Positions 9,460 through 18,495 of a stretch of DNA of 64,000 nt are shown in pieces (within the stretch, counting starts at the first letter, position 1; every line of letters starts with the position of its first letter). The stretch is from an uncultured Iamiaceae bacterium. GTDB lineage: Bacteria; Actinomycetota; Acidimicrobiia; Acidimicrobiales; Acidimicrobilacustridaceae. The translations under genes were made by a program, and so were the position numbers. The stretch lies in assembly GCA_964446345.1 (NCBI GenBank), contig CAYUOL010000001.1, forward strand, positions 24,132 to 88,131, written 5' to 3'. The notes below the pieces were generated by a model. It did not search any database. It saw nothing but the letters and a program-made list of their open reading frames with translations, and had not been told where the DNA came from.

Positions 9460-9915
9460 ATGACCGAAAACATCTATTCGAAACTCGTGCCCGAACCGAC
9501 GCCCGACTCCATGCCCTACTGGAAGGGCCTCAACGAGGGAAGGCTGCTGCTTCAGGAATGCGCGCGTTGCTGGAGAGTCCGGCATTATCCTCGGCCAGTA
9601 TGCGATGCGTGCCATTCGTTCGAAACCCGGTGGATCGAAGCATCGGGGCAAGGTGCAATTCACAGCTGGACGATCACGCATCATCCGTTTCACGACGGTT
9701 ACCGGTCGGATCTTCCCTACACGCTGGTGACCGTCGATCTGGAGGAAGGTGTGCGCATGCTAGCGCGACTGCATGCGCCCGTGGACACGAGACTCGATAT
9801 CGGCATGCCCGTCCGCCTCGTCGTCGAGAGAGCTAAACCAGGCCTTACGCTGCCCGGATTCGTTCTTGCAGCGCCCGCGACCGATATGTCCGCACCCAGC
9901 TCGGGAGAACGATGA
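9460..9915 (+). CDS. Zn-ribbon/OB-fold protein (DUF35 family)
   Basis: CARCWRVRHYPRPVCDACHS is a CxxC...CxxC ribbon, followed by an OB-fold-like region. SD is AGGAGAGG. Confidence 0.85.
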   Translation: MTENIYSKLVPEPTPDSMPYWKGLNEGRLLLQECARCWRVRHYPRPVCDACHSFETRWIEASGQGAIHSWTITHHPFHDGYRSDLPYTLVTVDLEEGVRMLARLHAPVDTRLDIGMPVRLVVERAKPGLTLPGFVLAAPATDMSAPSSGER

Positions 9916-10781
9916 TGGCTGCCGAAATCGACATTGACGGCTTGCGCAAACACATAGGCACCAAGATCGTGGAAGAAGACGAAGCTACGCGAGCGCCCCT
10001 CTTCGGTCTCGTCGCGGCATTCGATCGAGACGATGCGGTACCCATCAAAGGTGGAGCGATTCCGCCCGGATGGCACCTCGCCTATTTCCATTCATTCGCG
10101 CGCAGGGCGACGCTGGGCGAGGACGGCTTGCCCAGTTCGGGGGGTGTGATACCCGAGGTGCCTTTCCCGCGACGCATGTACGCGGGTACGACCCTGGCGT
10201 TTCATCATCCGCTTCTCGTGGGTGACTCTCTCAAACGTGAGACGGAACTGACGGATATTACCTTGCGTTCCGGCAGTACGGGCCCTCTTCTCTTTGCTAC
10301 GCAAACGCGACGTATATTTTCACCACGTGGTCTCGCGATCGTAGAGGAGAGCTACACCGTGTTTCGCGACGCCGTGAAACCGGGAGAGCAAAGCGGCATT
10401 CCAAAGCGAAGCACGCCACCCGCCGGTCTACCGTGGACACGACAGATCGAAACGGATCCGGTGTCGTTATTCCGCTATTCGGCTGTAACCTTCAACCCGC
10501 ATCGTATTCACTACGATCGGACGTACGCGATGACCGTGGAGGGTTACCCAGGCCTGGTGGTTCATGGCCCCTATTCTCAGCAATGTCTCATTGATCTCGC
10601 TCGCGACAAAAATCCGACCAGGACGATTGCTTCATTCACGCAACGCGCGCGCGCACCCTTGTTCGATACCGCGCCATTCGACGTCACGGGGCGCCCGGCC
10701 GACGGCGGGGCGGGAGCCGAGTTGTGGGCAATGACGTCGGGCGGAACCATCGCCATGGAGGTGCAACTTCGGTTCACCTGA
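9912..10781 (+). CDS. Double hotdog (FAS1-like/MaoC-like) enoyl-CoA hydratase
   Basis: ATGA overlap with the DUF35 stop. The C-terminal half carries the hydratase-2-like motif TFNPHRIHYDRTYA...GLVVHGP. Confidence 0.75.
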   Translation: MMAAEIDIDGLRKHIGTKIVEEDEATRAPLFGLVAAFDRDDAVPIKGGAIPPGWHLAYFHSFARRATLGEDGLPSSGGVIPEVPFPRRMYAGTTLAFHHPLLVGDSLKRETELTDITLRSGSTGPLLFATQTRRIFSPRGLAIVEESYTVFRDAVKPGEQSGIPKRSTPPAGLPWTRQIETDPVSLFRYSAVTFNPHRIHYDRTYAMTVEGYPGLVVHGPYSQQCLIDLARDKNPTRTIASFTQRARAPLFDTAPFDVTGRPADGGAGAELWAMTSGGTIAMEVQLRFT

Positions 10782-10834
10782 CCGGTTTGGCCGCGGGAAT
10801 CGACGGCGGACACATCGTCAACTTCCTCCCGGGC

Positions 10835-12112
10835 TTAGAGATCGACGTCGCCTGACAGTAATCGCTGGGCAATCATTCGCGTCAGGATTTCATTCGTGCC
10901 GTCGGCAATGTTGACGATCCTCAGGTCTTGCCAGGCGTGAACAAGACCGATTTCGTTCGTCAATCCCATGCCGCCGTGTGTCTGAATTGCACGATCCACG
11001 GCGCGAAATCCGGCTTGTACCGAATAGGCCTTTGCCATCGAAAGCTCCTTCGGCGCTTTATCGCCGCGGTCGAGGAGCATCGCTGCATTCAATCCCATCA
11101 GGTGCGCAGCGTGCAATTCCGTAGCTGCTTCGGCTATCGGAAACGAGACGGCTTGATACTCCGCGATCTTTGAACCGAAGGCCTCACGTTGCTTCGAATA
11201 GTCGATGGCCATTTCCAGCGCCCATCTTCCCTGTCCGACAGCTCGGGCGGCGTTGTACACCCGACCCAGCGAGACTCCATATAGTGCGATCTTGAATCCC
11301 TGGTCGAGCTCGCCGACCAATTGCCAAGGCTGTACCTCTACCTCCTCAAGCACAAGAGCGCCCTCGTGCCCGCCGACGTGACCAAACAAGCGCACGACGC
11401 TCTCAACATGAAATCCTCGTGCATCGGTTGGAACGAGAAATGCGCTGATGCCTCCAGCCTTTCGCACAGCTTTCTCGACGTCGGTGATGGCGAAAACAAT
11501 GCACCATTCCGCAGTGGGAGCGTTGGTTGTCCAGAGCTTGCGGCCAGAGATTTTCCAGCCTGTTCCGGTCTTGTCAGCCCGCGTCTTGATCATGCTGGCG
11601 TCTGAGCCGGCCCCCGGCTCGGAAAGACCAAAGCACATCGATGTCTTCCCGGCCATCATGCCCGCCAAGCATCTCTCGCGGGCTACCTCTGTGACCTGGG
11701 TGAGCAGTCGGCTGGGCCCGAAAGCCCAGTGTGCAATGACCCAGGGAATAATGACGCCCTGCCCCCCGAGCCGGCGATATATCGCCTCCCAGGCCACGTA
11801 GTAGACAAGGTGCCCCAGCCCACCTCCCCCGATTTCCGCCGGTGCGCACATCGCATAGAAGCCGGCTTCGGCCGAAAGCATCCTAACTTGTTGGATCAAC
11901 GTGCGTACTTCGGCGCTGTATCGACCATATTCGTCGTACAGCCGTCGCTGATCTTCGAGAAGCGTGCGATTCCCATCGATCAGCGGCACGACCTGCGAAT
12001 CGACAAAACGCAGAACGCCATCGCGCACTTCAACGACGTACTCGGGAAGTTCAAACGCAACACTGCCCACTGCGATCGCCCCGCTAGTTTCTAAATAGGC
12101 AACGCTCGTCAC
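10835..12112 (-). CDS. Acyl-CoA dehydrogenase
   Basis: 425 aa with a GTG start. Motifs CFGLSEPGAGSD, WTTNA and a C-terminal IADGTNEI. Confidence 0.88.
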   Translation of the reverse strand: MTSVAYLETSGAIAVGSVAFELPEYVVEVRDGVLRFVDSQVVPLIDGNRTLLEDQRRLYDEYGRYSAEVRTLIQQVRMLSAEAGFYAMCAPAEIGGGGLGHLVYYVAWEAIYRRLGGQGVIIPWVIAHWAFGPSRLLTQVTEVARERCLAGMMAGKTSMCFGLSEPGAGSDASMIKTRADKTGTGWKISGRKLWTTNAPTAEWCIVFAITDVEKAVRKAGGISAFLVPTDARGFHVESVVRLFGHVGGHEGALVLEEVEVQPWQLVGELDQGFKIALYGVSLGRVYNAARAVGQGRWALEMAIDYSKQREAFGSKIAEYQAVSFPIAEAATELHAAHLMGLNAAMLLDRGDKAPKELSMAKAYSVQAGFRAVDRAIQTHGGMGLTNEIGLVHAWQDLRIVNIADGTNEILTRMIAQRLLSGDVDL

Positions 12113-12162
12113 GGAACCTTGCGTTCTGATCTCCCGACAGAGCCGCTAGATCACGCGCACCC

Positions 12163-12945
12163 TTACCTGCCCTGCCAGACCGGCTTGCGCTTTTCGGCAA
12201 ACGCTCTGGGACCTTCGATTGCGTCTTGGCTGGCATAGACAACTTCGTGAAGGCGTTTACCCTCTACCAGTCCCTCGCGGCATCCGAGGTCCATCGTCGA
12301 GCGAACACTGGCTTTGGCAGCAATGACAGACAATGGCGCACCGTTGGCAATGCGCATAGCCAAATCCTTGGCACGAGAGCGCACAGCGTGTGGTGTATCT
12401 TCAAGATAATTAGTGAAACCGTAATCGTGCAGCCGTTCAATTGGCATGAGATCGCCCGTCAGAACGATCTCCATAAGGATTGCCTGAGGTAGCATATAGA
12501 GGGCCGGAGCGGCCCAGGGCGAGCCACGACCGATCTTTACCTCCGTGATGCCGGCCTTAGTCCCTTTGAGACCGACGCGCAGATCGCACATCAGCGACAG
12601 CATCATTCCGCCCGCCATCAGCGAGCCGGTCATCGCGGCAATGATTGGCTTGGAGCACGTGCGCATGCGCTCGTGGAAAGGATCGCGCATTTTGGACAGG
12701 ATATCGATCTGTTCGTTGCGAGCGATCTCGGCCGCCTCCTTGAGGTCAAGCCCCGCGCTGAAGACGCCACAGTCGGCAGAGGTTAGAATTACCGCCCGGA
12801 TCTTGCTGTCCGCTTCGATCCGGTCCCAGGCATCGGCCAGTCCATTAGCCGCCGCCACAGATAGCGCGTTCTTGCGGTCAGGACGATTGATAAGAACGGT
12901 AGCAATACCTTCTTCGACGCTGACTTCGATTGGACTATCGATCAT
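12163..12945 (-). CDS. Enoyl-CoA hydratase/isomerase (crotonase family)
   Basis: MIDSPIEVSVEEGIATVLINRPDRKNAL and SADCGVFSAGLDLKE. The internal ATG at 12945 gives a typical length of about 260 aa. Confidence 0.85.
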   Translation of the reverse strand: MIDSPIEVSVEEGIATVLINRPDRKNALSVAAANGLADAWDRIEADSKIRAVILTSADCGVFSAGLDLKEAAEIARNEQIDILSKMRDPFHERMRTCSKPIIAAMTGSLMAGGMMLSLMCDLRVGLKGTKAGITEVKIGRGSPWAAPALYMLPQAILMEIVLTGDLMPIERLHDYGFTNYLEDTPHAVRSRAKDLAMRIANGAPLSVIAAKASVRSTMDLGCREGLVEGKRLHEVVYASQDAIEGPRAFAEKRKPVWQGR

Positions 12946-12978
12946 GGAGTTCACTGGCTTTCGCGCTGAAGGTTGGCA

Positions 12979-13029
12979 GTCGGCGGCGGATGCATTATCC
13001 ACCGCCCCCGGGCGGTTGCACCCGCCGAC
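12979..13029 (-). promoter_or_regulatory. Nested GC-rich stem-loops downstream of SBP gene
   Basis: GTCGGCGG (12979-12986) pairs with CCGCCGAC (13022-13029). The inner pair is ACCGCCC-cc-GGGCGGT (13001-13016). It sits between the SBP stop (13062) and the crotonase start (12945). Confidence 0.35.
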
Positions 13030-13061
13030 ACGTAGGATTTGAGCCAACGGGATCGCCGGAA

Positions 13062-14312
13062 CTATTCGGCCTTAAATCCGGATGAACTCGTTTTCACGAT
13101 CTGCCAGATGAGGTCCTGATAGTCCGCCAGCCAGCCGGTCTGCGGCACCCACTTCTGACCGTCCCACATTTCGATTCTTGTCTTGCCTCCGCCACCATGA
13201 TCTTGAGCAGTGACGGTCACAGGGGCAAGAAGGCCATTGGCATCGAAATCCTTGAGGCTCTCATAGCCAACTTTCATCGATGCGGCGGTCACTGGCCAAC
13301 CAGCTTGTTTCACCGCATTTCGTGCGGCTTGAAAGGCAACCGAGTAGTTGGCGAGACCCAAGTTGTAATACACATCTTTCAGGTTTTTTTCGGGGCCACT
13401 TCCCTTACCCTTTGCGTAAAGCTCAGCCATTATTTCTTTGATGATAGGGACATCCTGGCCGCCGACGACGTTTGTGCCACGCTTGATGCCCTTGGCAACA
13501 TCGGGACCAATATTGGCAATATCCACCTCGTTAAGCCAGTTGACCGAAATGTACTTTTCGATCTGATAGCCGTTGCGCTTCATTTCCTTAGCCGCGACGA
13601 CATGTCCTCCGGCCAGGAGCCAGCTGATCATGAAATCAGGCCGGTCGCGCCTTACCTGCGTCCAAGCGCTCGTCTGATCGCTGCCGGGCAACGGCACCGG
13701 GTAGAGCTTCAACTCGAAGCCTTCGCGTTCAGCGAGTGTCTTCAAGACACCGATCGGCTCCTGACCGAAGGGATAGTCGAGATAGATAAATCCGATCTTG
13801 GCCCCCTTCAAATCGCCGCTGCGCTGTTGTTTGATGTAGGCGATATCGTTGGCGGCTTGCCCCCAATAAGTCGCACCCACGGGGAAGATTTGCGTGAACA
13901 CCGAGCCGTCAACGGCATCACCGCGTCCGACCGATGACTGCATCAAAATGTTCTTATCCTTCATGATCCGCGGTAGGACAGCTATCGACACCGGTGTCGA
14001 CAGCATGTCGAATACGAACACGCCGTCACGTTTAAGCCTTTCGTAGCATTCAATGCCGCGTTGGGGCTCGTTGCCGTGGTCCTGAACCACGATCTCTACC
14101 TTGTGCCCTTCGATACCACCCTTAATATTCGTCAGGGCGGCAAGGTCTTGCGCAGCTTGCGCCACCTGTGGCGAGACGAACGTGTAGGATTTGCTTAGAT
14201 CGAAGCACAAGCCGAACTTCAGGGTTCCTTCCTGAGCCAAAGCGTCTGTCCAGCCTGCGGCACTGAGAGCGGCAGCGACCGCCAAGCCCTTTGTCACTTT
14301 CCCGATTAACAT
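13062..14312 (-). CDS. ABC transporter substrate-binding protein (PBP1, Liv family), paralog A
   Basis: ATG 14312 follows GGGAGG. Signal peptide MLIGKVTKGLAVAAALSAAGWTDALAQ. Closely alignable to the next gene. Confidence 0.9.
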   Translation of the reverse strand: MLIGKVTKGLAVAAALSAAGWTDALAQEGTLKFGLCFDLSKSYTFVSPQVAQAAQDLAALTNIKGGIEGHKVEIVVQDHGNEPQRGIECYERLKRDGVFVFDMLSTPVSIAVLPRIMKDKNILMQSSVGRGDAVDGSVFTQIFPVGATYWGQAANDIAYIKQQRSGDLKGAKIGFIYLDYPFGQEPIGVLKTLAEREGFELKLYPVPLPGSDQTSAWTQVRRDRPDFMISWLLAGGHVVAAKEMKRNGYQIEKYISVNWLNEVDIANIGPDVAKGIKRGTNVVGGQDVPIIKEIMAELYAKGKGSGPEKNLKDVYYNLGLANYSVAFQAARNAVKQAGWPVTAASMKVGYESLKDFDANGLLAPVTVTAQDHGGGGKTRIEMWDGQKWVPQTGWLADYQDLIWQIVKTSSSGFKAE

Positions 14313-14414
14313 TCTACCTCCCAATCTGTTGGTCGAATTTCAGTACGCCTTCTGCTGTCCTCGGCCTTTAAGAGCGCTGCTGAACGGAGTTGGCGTTCGT
14401 CATGTCTTCAAGTG

Positions 14415-15662
14415 CTAGTTGTGATAGTTGGAAGAACTTTTCCTTACCACTTCCCAGATGATATCTGTGTAGGCGGCGATCCATTCTGTTTGGGGTATCC
14501 ATTTTTCTCCATCCCACATCTCGATGCGGGTCTTCCCACCACCGCCGTGATCGCTTGATGTCACAGTTACCGGCGCCATAAGTCCACCGGCATCGTAACT
14601 TGCGATATTTTGGAGACCCTCGCGCATTGTGGCGGAGGAAATTGGAGTGCCATGCAACTTGGCAGCTTGGCGAGCGCCTTCAAGGACCATCGAGTACATC
14701 GCTAGTCCGGTGTTGTAGTATACATCTTTGAGATTCTTCTCTGGCCCGCTGCCCTTACCCTTCTTGTAAAGCTCAGCAATAATCTCTTGAATCACTGGAA
14801 TATCCTGACCGCCCGCGACGTTGGTGCCACGCTTCAATCCTTTTGCAGCCTCAGCGCCGATATTGGCAATGTCAACTTCGTTCAACCAATTAACCGAGAT
14901 GTACTTATCCATTGGGATACCATTGCGCTTCATCTCCTTGGATGCCACGACATGCGCTCCCGCTAGCAGCCAGCTAATGATGTGATCTGGCTGGTCACGG
15001 CGCACTTGGGTCCAGACACTCGTCTGATCTTTGCCAGGGAGCGGCACCGGATAGAGCTTCAATTCAAATCCTTCCACCTTGGCGAGCGTCTGTAAAATTG
15101 GAATCGGCTCCTGTCCGAACGGATAGTCGAGATAGACAAAGCCGATTTTTACCCCGCGCAGGTTGCCAGCGTGCACCTGCTTTAAGTAGGCAACATTATT
15201 GGCAACCTGTCCCCAATAAGTAGGACCCAGCGGAAAAACCCACCCGAATACGCCGCCATCGACGGCGTCTCCGCGGCCAACTAGTGCTTGGATGAGGATG
15301 TTCTTGTCCTGCATAACTCGCGGCAACATGGCGATTGAAACGGGAGTCGACAGCGTGTCAAAGATGAACACGCCTTCCCGCTTAAGTTTCTCGTAGCATT
15401 CGATGCCGCGTTGCGGCTCATTGCCGTGGTCTTGCACGATGACTTCGATCGGAGCGCCCCCGATCCCACCCTTGAGATTGGTTAGCGCGACCAGATCCTG
15501 TGCCGCCTGCGATACCTGAGGCGTGGCGAACGTGTAGGCCTTGCTTAGATCGTAGCAGACGCCGAGCTTCAGCGGTTGTGCGGCGCCGGCAGGCGGAGCT
15601 ACCGAAAGCGCCACAATGCCAGCGATTGCCGCAGCCACTGAGTATTTCAAAAATCCCATCAT
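14415..15662 (-). CDS. ABC transporter substrate-binding protein (PBP1, Liv family), paralog B
   Basis: Signal peptide MMGFLKYSVAAAIAGIVALSVAPPAGAA. Shares long identical runs with paralog A, for example VQDHGNEPQRGIECYE and YISVNWLNEVDIANIG. Confidence 0.9.
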   Translation of the reverse strand: MMGFLKYSVAAAIAGIVALSVAPPAGAAQPLKLGVCYDLSKAYTFATPQVSQAAQDLVALTNLKGGIGGAPIEVIVQDHGNEPQRGIECYEKLKREGVFIFDTLSTPVSIAMLPRVMQDKNILIQALVGRGDAVDGGVFGWVFPLGPTYWGQVANNVAYLKQVHAGNLRGVKIGFVYLDYPFGQEPIPILQTLAKVEGFELKLYPVPLPGKDQTSVWTQVRRDQPDHIISWLLAGAHVVASKEMKRNGIPMDKYISVNWLNEVDIANIGAEAAKGLKRGTNVAGGQDIPVIQEIIAELYKKGKGSGPEKNLKDVYYNTGLAMYSMVLEGARQAAKLHGTPISSATMREGLQNIASYDAGGLMAPVTVTSSDHGGGGKTRIEMWDGEKWIPQTEWIAAYTDIIWEVVRKSSSNYHN

Positions 15663-15703
15663 GAGTCTCCTCCGTTCACAACTGACACATTGGGGCGTTC
15701 TGA

Positions 15704-16522
15704 TCAGCTGAGCCAGCGCTTGCGTCTGCGATAGTGCTTGATGTCGTGAAAACTCTTGGCTTGACTGCCCCCGAGGTAAAACTCCTGAATATCGGAGTTT
15801 GCTTTCAGCCTCTCTGCCGTGTCGTGCATGACGACACGTCCATTCTCGATCAGATAGCCACGCGAGACGATATCGAGAGCTGCGAGCGCATTTTGCTCGA
15901 CAAGCAGGACGGACAGGCCATGATCGCGATTGATCCGTTTGATGATCTCGAAAATCTCGGCGACCAGAAACGGAGCCAGACCCAGACTTGGCTCGTCCAG
16001 CATGAGCAAGCGCGGCTGCGTCATTAAGGCCCGTCCGATTGCGAGCATCTGCTGTTCACCGCCCGAAAGATATCCGGCAAGCGAAGATTTTCGCTCAGCT
16101 AGACGCGGAAAGTAGTCGTAAATGCGCGCCTTCTCCGATGCGACCCGCGTTCTCGACAATGACATCGGAGCGGCAGCCTCGAGGTTCTCATCTGGCGTAA
16201 GATGCTCGAAAACTCGGCGCCCCTCGATCACGTGGCAAATCCCCAGTCCGACACGCTGCTGAGGCGGATTGTCGCCGATCACTCTACCGTCAAAGCGGAT
16301 CTCGCCCCGGCTTACCTTTCCGCGTTCTGCGCTCAGAAGGCCGCTTATGGCTTTCAATGTGGTACTCTTCCCAGCTCCATTGGATCCGAGGAGCGCGACC
16401 ATTCCGCCGTAGGGCACCTCAATCGACACGCCCTTGATGGCGAGCATGACCGAATTGTAAAGCACCTCCACGCTGTTCATCGACAGGATTGGGCCATCTT
16501 GTTGAATGTCGTTTGGTTTCAT
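15704..16522 (-). CDS. ABC transporter ATP-binding protein (LivF-like)
   Basis: Walker A GSNGAGKST, signature LSGGEQQML, Walker B LLMLDEPS. Confidence 0.92.
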   Translation of the reverse strand: MKPNDIQQDGPILSMNSVEVLYNSVMLAIKGVSIEVPYGGMVALLGSNGAGKSTTLKAISGLLSAERGKVSRGEIRFDGRVIGDNPPQQRVGLGICHVIEGRRVFEHLTPDENLEAAAPMSLSRTRVASEKARIYDYFPRLAERKSSLAGYLSGGEQQMLAIGRALMTQPRLLMLDEPSLGLAPFLVAEIFEIIKRINRDHGLSVLLVEQNALAALDIVSRGYLIENGRVVMHDTAERLKANSDIQEFYLGGSQAKSFHDIKHYRRRKRWLS

Positions 16523-16530
16523 GCCGATTT

Positions 16531-17604
16531 CTATTTCTTGAACTGGTCGAAGGGCCAGACCAGGAAATAGTCCCTGATATTCGCATAAAGCTTCCCGAGT
16601 CCCAAAGGCTCAACCAGCAGGAAAATGATGATCAAAGCGCCGTAGACGGTGGTAGGGATATGAGCAAGGGTTTCATTTCCGAGTGGAAGCCCAAGGAAAG
16701 ACGTCAAATTCGCAATTATCTCATTGGCGATTCCCGGCATGAGGAGGATCAATGCCACTCCAAAATACGTACCGATGATGCTGCCGAGCCCGCCGACGAT
16801 GATCATGGCAAGCACCTGAATTGAAACATTGACCGAGAATTGCTCGGGCGCAGCAAGGAAAAAGAACGTAGCAACAAGCAGGGCGCCACCAATCCCACCG
16901 ATGAACGAGCACATCGAAAACGCGATTAGCTTGTAGTAGAAGCTGTTCACGCCGAGAATTGCAGCCGCATAATCCTTCTCGCGCACGGCAACCAGGGCAC
17001 GTCCCAAGGCGGTTCGCTGCAGGTTCATCATGAAAACGGTCACCAACGCGCACCATCCCAGCGCCACGTAGTATAACCCTCTGCCTGAAGCGATTTCCTG
17101 CCCAAGAAGCGCAAAACGAGGGGATTGAAGCGAGGCATGTGAGCCGCCAGATATCGCTGGTGAGTGATTCAGTACCCAATCCATGACGAACTGCATCGCA
17201 AGTGTCACGATCGCGAGATAAAGCCCTTTCACCCGCAGGGCCGCGAACGCAAACAGGCTTCCTATCAGGGATGCGGCGAGGCCGCCGATCAGAAGAGCAA
17301 ATTCCCAGGGTATGCCGAACCTGGCTGCGTGGACGGCCGCATAGGCGCCCACCGCCATCGTCGCAGCGTATCCCAGATGCAGCTGCCCCGCCCAGCCTGT
17401 CGCCAAATTGAGACCGAGCGCCAGCGCCGTCCAGATCAGCCAAGGCTGAACGTAGCTGTTTAGATACAACGAACTCAACAGGAACGGCGCAGCGATAGCA
17501 GCGACGGTAAGGACGATAAGCAGGTTCCGGTCCGTTGGCACCGGAAATAGCTTGCTGTCCGATACATAGCTCTGATGACGAACGCCCGCGAGAGGATAAA
17601 ACAT
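16531..17604 (-). CDS. ABC transporter permease (LivM-like)
   Basis: 357-aa polytopic ORF with a LivM-like core, GQLHLGYAATMAVGAYAAV. Confidence 0.88.
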   Translation of the reverse strand: MFYPLAGVRHQSYVSDSKLFPVPTDRNLLIVLTVAAIAAPFLLSSLYLNSYVQPWLIWTALALGLNLATGWAGQLHLGYAATMAVGAYAAVHAARFGIPWEFALLIGGLAASLIGSLFAFAALRVKGLYLAIVTLAMQFVMDWVLNHSPAISGGSHASLQSPRFALLGQEIASGRGLYYVALGWCALVTVFMMNLQRTALGRALVAVREKDYAAAILGVNSFYYKLIAFSMCSFIGGIGGALLVATFFFLAAPEQFSVNVSIQVLAMIIVGGLGSIIGTYFGVALILLMPGIANEIIANLTSFLGLPLGNETLAHIPTTVYGALIIIFLLVEPLGLGKLYANIRDYFLVWPFDQFKK

Positions 17605-17607
17605 GCG

Positions 17608-18495
17608 TCATACTCTTTCGATGTCATGGCGTCCGAAGAGTCCGTGTGGACGCAACATGACGGTGAAGATCAGCACGGCAGCGACGATTAGGTCACGACT
17701 ACCTCCTCCAACCACCAAATCGAGGTAGGAGGAGCCCACGTTCTCGATGACCCCAAGGACAATTCCGGCGAGGATCGCACCAACTATGCTGTCAAGCCCA
17801 CCCAGGACGGCGACAGTCAGTCCTTTTAACAGGAGTTGCGAAAGCGATTGGTCGACGCCCTGGATCTCTCCCCAAATCACGGCTGACGCAACGGCGACCA
17901 CCGAAGCCATACCCCATGACAACGCTACGCCGTGCTCAACGGAGATTCCGATCGACCAAGAAGCGACGTAGTCGTCCGAGATTGCGCGTAACCGGATTCC
18001 ACGGCGCGTTCGGAAGAACAGGAGGAATGCTACAAAAAGTGCGATCGCGACGCAGGCCCCGGCCAGATTGATGCGGCTCAGCAGCAACGGTCCAAGAAAC
18101 AAAGGATCGTAGCTGACGCCGAGCTCCATCGAACGGGAGGTACCGCCCCACACTGCCAAAGTCGAACCTCGTATGAAGATGTCGAGGCCGAGCGTCATCA
18201 TCAGGATCATGACAATCGGACGCCCCGCCATGCGCCGCAACGTCACCTTCTCCACACCAAAGCCGGCCAAAAACATGATGATCGTTGTCACAGCGATTGC
18301 CAGCCACAATGGGAAACCCAACTGCCGGGACAAGGCCAGCACCACGTATGCGGCCAGCATCGTCAATGCGCCTTGGGCAAGATTGGGAACGGACGATGAT
18401 TTGTAGATCAACACTAGTCCAAGTGCGAAAAGCGAATAGAGCAGTCCGGTCAATGCGCCATTTACAGCTAACTCGCTGACATATGCGATGTCCAT
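17608..18495 (-). CDS. ABC transporter permease (LivH-like)
   Basis: 295 aa; MDIAYVSELAVNGALTGLLYSLFALGLVLIY. Its start overlaps the ligase stop (TAATG). Confidence 0.88.
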   Translation of the reverse strand: MDIAYVSELAVNGALTGLLYSLFALGLVLIYKSSSVPNLAQGALTMLAAYVVLALSRQLGFPLWLAIAVTTIIMFLAGFGVEKVTLRRMAGRPIVMILMMTLGLDIFIRGSTLAVWGGTSRSMELGVSYDPLFLGPLLLSRINLAGACVAIALFVAFLLFFRTRRGIRLRAISDDYVASWSIGISVEHGVALSWGMASVVAVASAVIWGEIQGVDQSLSQLLLKGLTVAVLGGLDSIVGAILAGIVLGVIENVGSSYLDLVVGGGSRDLIVAAVLIFTVMLRPHGLFGRHDIERV

